The translations under genes were made by a program, and so were the position numbers. The notes beneath the pieces are model-generated. The model ran no database searches. It was not told the origin of the DNA and saw only the letters and a list, made by a program, of their open reading frames with translations. A stretch of 61,859 nt of DNA, counting the filler, from an uncultured bacterium (GTDB lineage Bacteria > CAYSBA01): the NCBI GenBank assembly GCA_964429075.1. It is 6 parts of 6 records of this genome, joined end to end, with 100 filler letters (N's around TTAATTAATTAA, not from the genome) between each part and the next. Parts side by side here need not be neighbours in the genome. Positions count along the whole stretch, not along the records: positions 51,767 to 61,859 come from CAYSBA010000024.1; 5 more parts are not named here. One strand, 5' to 3'. This document shows positions 57,204-61,859 of the stretch, in pieces (within the stretch, counting starts at the first letter, position 1; every line of letters starts with the position of its first letter).

Positions 57204-60200
57204 CTATGGATTTACACAGCGATTGTTCACACACACCTGTCCTATTGGACAGTGGTAGTCTCTCGTACATTCAAAGGGTGTATCTGTGCAGATCCCGCCA
57301 TCACAGAATTGCCCCTGTGGACAATCGGCATCGGTCTGACAGAAACCTTGACAGGTTTCACCAGCAGGTACACACTGCAGACCAATCATGTTGCCCTGCC
57401 AGTCGTAGATATTTGCACATGCATAACCAGATGGACATGATTGTCCTCTTGAACAATCCCTTCCACATAGATATTCACCGTAATCAGGACTATATAAACA
57501 CCAGTCAAATGGGCCACCACACTCAGCAGAACTGCTACAAGGTTTACAGAGATCACCAAGATCTGCAGGCTGACAATGACCATTTACACATTCATCGTTA
57601 ATGGGACATTGCCCATTGTAGGTGCATTCCTGAGGTCCTGGTACACAGTCCCCATTGTTGCATACCTGCCCGGGAGGACAATCCCCATCGTAACGACAGA
57701 AAATCTTTTCACAGCGACCACCAAGACACTGTTCACCGAGTTGACAGTCAGTATCGTTCCTGCATTCAGGTGGGACGCACTGCGATGCAACACAGATATC
57801 ACCGTTACTACAATCACTATCGGTCTGACATGATGGATCAACACATCTTGCATCAATACACACCTTTCCAGCAGGACACTGTCCGTCGTACAGACATCCT
57901 ATTACACAGCTTCCTGCCTGAGTATCACAGTAATAACCATTAGGACAGTCTCTATCAGCAGCACAGGGTGGGGAGGTACACTGACCCTGTAAACACTGCT
58001 GGCCGGGATTACAGTCTCTTGCACTTCTGCATCCTGCTACACAGTTTCCACCTTCACAGATCTGTCCAAGAGGACATTCAGAATCAAAATTGCAATTACT
58101 CTGAGAGGGCTCACATGACCCAGAGTTACAGTGATAACCTGCCGGACAATCGGTGTCGGTAATACATACCCTCTTTTCACACTGACCACTCTGAGTATTG
58201 CAAAATAGTCCATCTGGACAGTCTGCATCACTGTTACATCCTGCCTGTATACATCTGCCATCTAAACATATGTAACCTGCTGGACACTCTGTATCAAAAT
58301 AGCACTCTGGATCAGAACACATACCAGACATGCAGATCTTACCGCCAGGACAGTCGTTATCTGTGCTGCAGGCAAGGCTTTTGCACCTACCAGAACTACA
58401 GTAGAATCCACTACCACAATCTGAATCAGTACTGCACTCTGCTTTTTGACAGATACCGGACTCACAAATCCAGCCCGGATCACAGTCAACATCACGATCA
58501 CATCCTTGAGGCCTGCAATAAAACTCTATACATACAAGCCCAGGGGCACAATCTGCATCTGAGAGACACTCTGGAGTTGTACATTGCCCATTTAAGCATA
58601 CCTGGCCGGGTCTGCAATCCTGGTGGACATTACAGGAATTGTCAACAACGCAGCGTCCACTCTGACATCTCCTGTGCTGTCCGCAGTCCATATCTGAAAG
58701 ACACTGTGGAGGACCACATATTCCATTGTTACATATTGAATCTTGCTGACAGTCATTGTCAGAAGTACAATTTATACTTACACATTCATAATCAACACAT
58801 CTTTCCCATATAGTACAATCCATGTTACTGACACATTGTGGTGTTATGCACTGATTATTTTTACAGACCTTACCACCTAAGCAATCAGAATTGTCTACAC
58901 AACCCCTCTGTACACATCTTCCATCCTGACAGATCATGTCGTAGGCACAGTTTCTATTGTCGATACACTGAGGCTGAGTACATCTACCATTCTCACATAT
59001 GCCACCCTGGCAGTTAGAATCGGTCTGACAATCCATTGCAACACACCTATAGTCCTGACAGAGCTGCCAGTTTTGACATTCAGAGTCGTCTTTACACTCA
59101 ACATCCACACAACGATTGTTCTTACATGCCTCATGTGGACCACAGTCTGCGTCTTGGTTACAATAATTTGTGTTTGGTACACAGTAGCCTAAACTACATA
59201 TCTGATTTGGTCCGCAATCTGCATCGGTGTTACAGGTATTGGCAGGCATACAATAACCTGCCTGACACACCTGATGCTGTGGACAATCAGAGTCTTTTGT
59301 ACAATTACCTGGGATCTTTGGCATACATTGACCAAAAGCACACTCCATAAAAGCAGGGCAATCGGCATCAGAACGACAACCAGATGGGCTTTGACAATAC
59401 CCATCAACACATACAAATCCAGGAATACCCATACAATCGGAATCGTTAGTACAGGGGATAGGAGGTACACACTGATTGTTGTAACAAATCCACTGCTCCA
59501 TGCAATCGGAATCAGAAGAACAGCTCATCGGTTCACAGTATCCCATAGTACAGACCTTACCCTGAGGACAGTCTGAGTCAGTTATACATTCTGGTGCAGG
59601 AATGCAGCTGTTGTTTTCACATATCATACCCTGTCCACAGTCTGAATCTGAGTTGCAGCTACCCTCTGTTACACATTCACCGAAACGACAGATAAACTCT
59701 GGATCGCAGTCCGAATTGTTCCGGCATCCCACAAAGACACACTGACCATTTTCACATCTTTCTGTCGGTGCACAGTCACTATCGGTACTGCACTCATAGG
59801 GTAAAGGTACACAGGTATATGTACTGGTATCACAATAAAATCCAGTATCACAGTCGGAGTCGCTGGTACACTCCTTGTTTATATAGGGTGAGCAAATACC
59901 ATTATTGCACTTCTGACCGAAGGGACAGTCATAATCGGTACGGCATTCAGGCTGATTTGGTATGCAGTTACCATTTACACAGATATAACCGCTGTTACAA
60001 TCAGAATCACTTCTGCATACAAAGGGTATACACTCACAATCCTGACAAATTGTATCAGAACTACACTCACTGTTATTATAGCAGTTGCATGGAATTTCCA
60101 CACATTTTGTTGGCGATCTGTTTGTATCACAATAATAACCAGGCTGACAATCAGCATCGCTGTGACACTCATCGGATCCATTTACACACTGGCCTGTTGC

Positions 60201-61859
60201 ATAGTTACATACATGTTCACACTGAATAAAATTACACCGGTTTACACATTGATTGTAAAAACATATATCAGAAGGTTGACAATCGTTATCAGATCTACAC
60301 TCTATCACAGGAACACATGAGCCTGTATCTCTGTTACAAACACCAGACTCACATGTAATTATATCACACCAGTTTTTGCAGGTGCCACTGTAGCATGTCT
60401 CGTTTGCTTGACAGTCTGCATCACTCTGACACTCATAAGGTACACACTGTCCTGTTGCAGGATCGCAAGTTTCATTTACATTACATTGAACAGTGGAACA
60501 TCTATCAACACAATGACCATCTATACATACAAAACCTGATGGGCAGTCGGTATCGTTTAAGCAGGCTGCATTGGGTTCACAATCACCACTCTGGCGGTTG
60601 CAGGTGTATCCTGGTGGGCAGGACTTTATGTCACACAGGTTTACACATGTTCCATCTTTACAGGTTTCGTTAGGTGCACAATCTGAGTCTACAAGACAAT
60701 TCAGAGATACGCATTGTCCTGTTGTTGGATCACAGTAGGTACCAGAAGGACAATCAATAAGAGAACAGATATTTTGACAGCTACCATTTATGCATAGATA
60801 GTTTGGTGGACAGTCAGTATTAGTCTGACAGTTACCTGTTGGGATACACTGTCCACTTACTGGGTCACACTCCTGATCAGGTGGACATAGCATGACATCA
60901 CATATATTCCTGCAGGTCCCGTTGTCACAGTATTCATTGGGAGCACAATCAATGTCACTTCTACATTCATTGCCATTTTGTATACATCTACCATTCTGAC
61001 AGATCTGGCCAGAAGGACAATCAGTATCTGTATTACATTCGACTACTGGCAAACAATCTCTTGCAACCGGATCACAATAAGTACCTGGCGGACAGGTTAT
61101 GGTATCACAAAAATCAACACATCTTTGATCCACACACAAAGCTCCCTGTGGACAATCAAAGCTGGTGTTACACTCTCCCTGATAGTCACAATTGCCAGTT
61201 ACACGATTGCATGTGTATCCAACAGGGCACTCAACAAAGTCACATTTGTTTTCACATCTTCCTTCAATGCAGATCTCATTTAGATTGCAATCAACATCAT
61301 TGCTACACCCAACATCACCAACACAGCTAAGTGTATAAGGATCACAGTATTTTGGGGGAGTACACTCTATCTGGTAATATTCACATGGATCAAAACACTG
61401 TCCATCAACACATATCTGTGGAGAAATACAATCATTATCAGAGAAGCACATCTGTCTTTTTTCACAGGTTCCTGTATCAGGATTACAGTACTGGTCTGGT
61501 GGACATACCACATCCTTACAAAGATCAACACAAACACCACTCTGACACACCTGACCGATGGGACAATCGCTATCAGATGTACAGCTGTCGAACTTAAGAC
61601 AATTGCCTGTTGAACGCTGACAGTAGTAACCGGGTGGGCATTCTATTATGTCACAAATATATTCACAACTTCCACTTCTGCAAAGCTGATTTGGGGCACA
61701 GTCTGCGTTGGAATTACATTGTGAATTAACACATATATGGCTTATAGAATCACACACCATACCCTGTGGACAATCAGAATCGCTCTGACATCCCTCTGGA
61801 ACGCAGCGACCGGTAGATGGATCACATATATCACCGGGTGGACAGACCATATTGTCACA
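57204..61859 (-). CDS. Giant cysteine-rich repeat protein (5'-truncated)
   Basis: Frame open to the window end (CDNMVCPP...). More than 1548 aa of tandem four-Cys modules with no stop codon. Confidence 0.85.
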   Translation of the reverse strand, partial: CDNMVCPPGDICDPSTGRCVPEGCQSDSDCPQGMVCDSISHICVNSQCNSNADCAPNQLCRSGSCEYICDIIECPPGYYCQRSTGNCLKFDSCTSDSDCPIGQVCQSGVCVDLCKDVVCPPDQYCNPDTGTCEKRQMCFSDNDCISPQICVDGQCFDPCEYYQIECTPPKYCDPYTLSCVGDVGCSNDVDCNLNEICIEGRCENKCDFVECPVGYTCNRVTGNCDYQGECNTSFDCPQGALCVDQRCVDFCDTITCPPGTYCDPVARDCLPVVECNTDTDCPSGQICQNGRCIQNGNECRSDIDCAPNEYCDNGTCRNICDVMLCPPDQECDPVSGQCIPTGNCQTNTDCPPNYLCINGSCQNICSLIDCPSGTYCDPTTGQCVSLNCLVDSDCAPNETCKDGTCVNLCDIKSCPPGYTCNRQSGDCEPNAACLNDTDCPSGFVCIDGHCVDRCSTVQCNVNETCDPATGQCVPYECQSDADCQANETCYSGTCKNWCDIITCESGVCNRDTGSCVPVIECRSDNDCQPSDICFYNQCVNRCNFIQCEHVCNYATGQCVNGSDECHSDADCQPGYYCDTNRSPTKCVEIPCNCYNNSECSSDTICQDCECIPFVCRSDSDCNSGYICVNGNCIPNQPECRTDYDCPFGQKCNNGICSPYINKECTSDSDCDTGFYCDTSTYTCVPLPYECSTDSDCAPTERCENGQCVFVGCRNNSDCDPEFICRFGECVTEGSCNSDSDCGQGMICENNSCIPAPECITDSDCPQGKVCTMGYCEPMSCSSDSDCMEQWICYNNQCVPPIPCTNDSDCMGIPGFVCVDGYCQSPSGCRSDADCPAFMECAFGQCMPKIPGNCTKDSDCPQHQVCQAGYCMPANTCNTDADCGPNQICSLGYCVPNTNYCNQDADCGPHEACKNNRCVDVECKDDSECQNWQLCQDYRCVAMDCQTDSNCQGGICENGRCTQPQCIDNRNCAYDMICQDGRCVQRGCVDNSDCLGGKVCKNNQCITPQCVSNMDCTIWERCVDYECVSINCTSDNDCQQDSICNNGICGPPQCLSDMDCGQHRRCQSGRCVVDNSCNVHQDCRPGQVCLNGQCTTPECLSDADCAPGLVCIEFYCRPQGCDRDVDCDPGWICESGICQKAECSTDSDCGSGFYCSSGRCKSLACSTDNDCPGGKICMSGMCSDPECYFDTECPAGYICLDGRCIQAGCNSDADCPDGLFCNTQSGQCEKRVCITDTDCPAGYHCNSGSCEPSQSNCNFDSECPLGQICEGGNCVAGCRSARDCNPGQQCLQGQCTSPPCAADRDCPNGYYCDTQAGSCVIGCLYDGQCPAGKVCIDARCVDPSCQTDSDCSNGDICVASQCVPPECRNDTDCQLGEQCLGGRCEKIFCRYDGDCPPGQVCNNGDCVPGPQECTYNGQCPINDECVNGHCQPADLGDLCKPCSSSAECGGPFDWCLYSPDYGEYLCGRDCSRGQSCPSGYACANIYDWQGNMIGLQCVPAGETCQGFCQTDADCPQGQFCDGGICTDTPFECTRDYHCPIGQVCVNNRCVNP

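Noticed and set aside
57206..61597. Many short antisense and alternate-frame ORFs over the giant Cys-rich gene
   Set aside because: Explained by the biased codon content of the main frame (His/Thr/Gln-rich shadows).
57204..61859. CRISPR array or DNA tandem repeat
   Set aside because: Repetition is at the protein level only; no identical DNA repeats with spacers and no cas genes.

Overview
The window is six unrelated ~10 kb contigs of a draft/metagenome assembly in descending length order (1-10351, 10452-20789, 20890-31226, 31327-41451, 41552-51666, 51767-61859), joined by artificial N-TTAATTAATTAA-N linkers, so adjacency across linkers is meaningless. The organism is an AT-rich bacterium with deltaproteobacterial/Myxococcota-like gene content. 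Housekeeping blocks: tRNA-Val-thrS-infC-rpmI-rplT-pheST-ihfA-merR-tRNA-Pro, yggS-proC-divIVA, priA, ppiD, valS, rpmE-prfA. Other content: a moaA-D-E-CB-moeA operon under a Moco-family riboswitch, ahpC and rubrerythrin, an mltF-patatin-dapF-SCP2-like-HMGS/OB-thiolase-tatA run, a Ser/Thr kinase plus PP2C-cNMP module, a RomR-like polarity protein beside valS, and three large Cys-rich repeat proteins. No CRISPR array, integrase, transposase or phage gene is visible, and I cannot support a claim of a wholly new system. Best leads: (1) four genes with identical -35/17 nt/-10/6 nt/ATG spacing, suggesting leaderless mRNAs; (2) a RomR homolog with a very long acidic linker carrying repeated hydrophobic-acidic motifs; (3) a P3-less (Tuco-type) Moco riboswitch; (4) a >1500-aa protein built almost entirely of two alternating four-Cys modules; (5) a CTG-initiated infC; (6) a Bacillus-type PerR box at ahpC. 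All calls come from motif recognition by eye; no searches were run.
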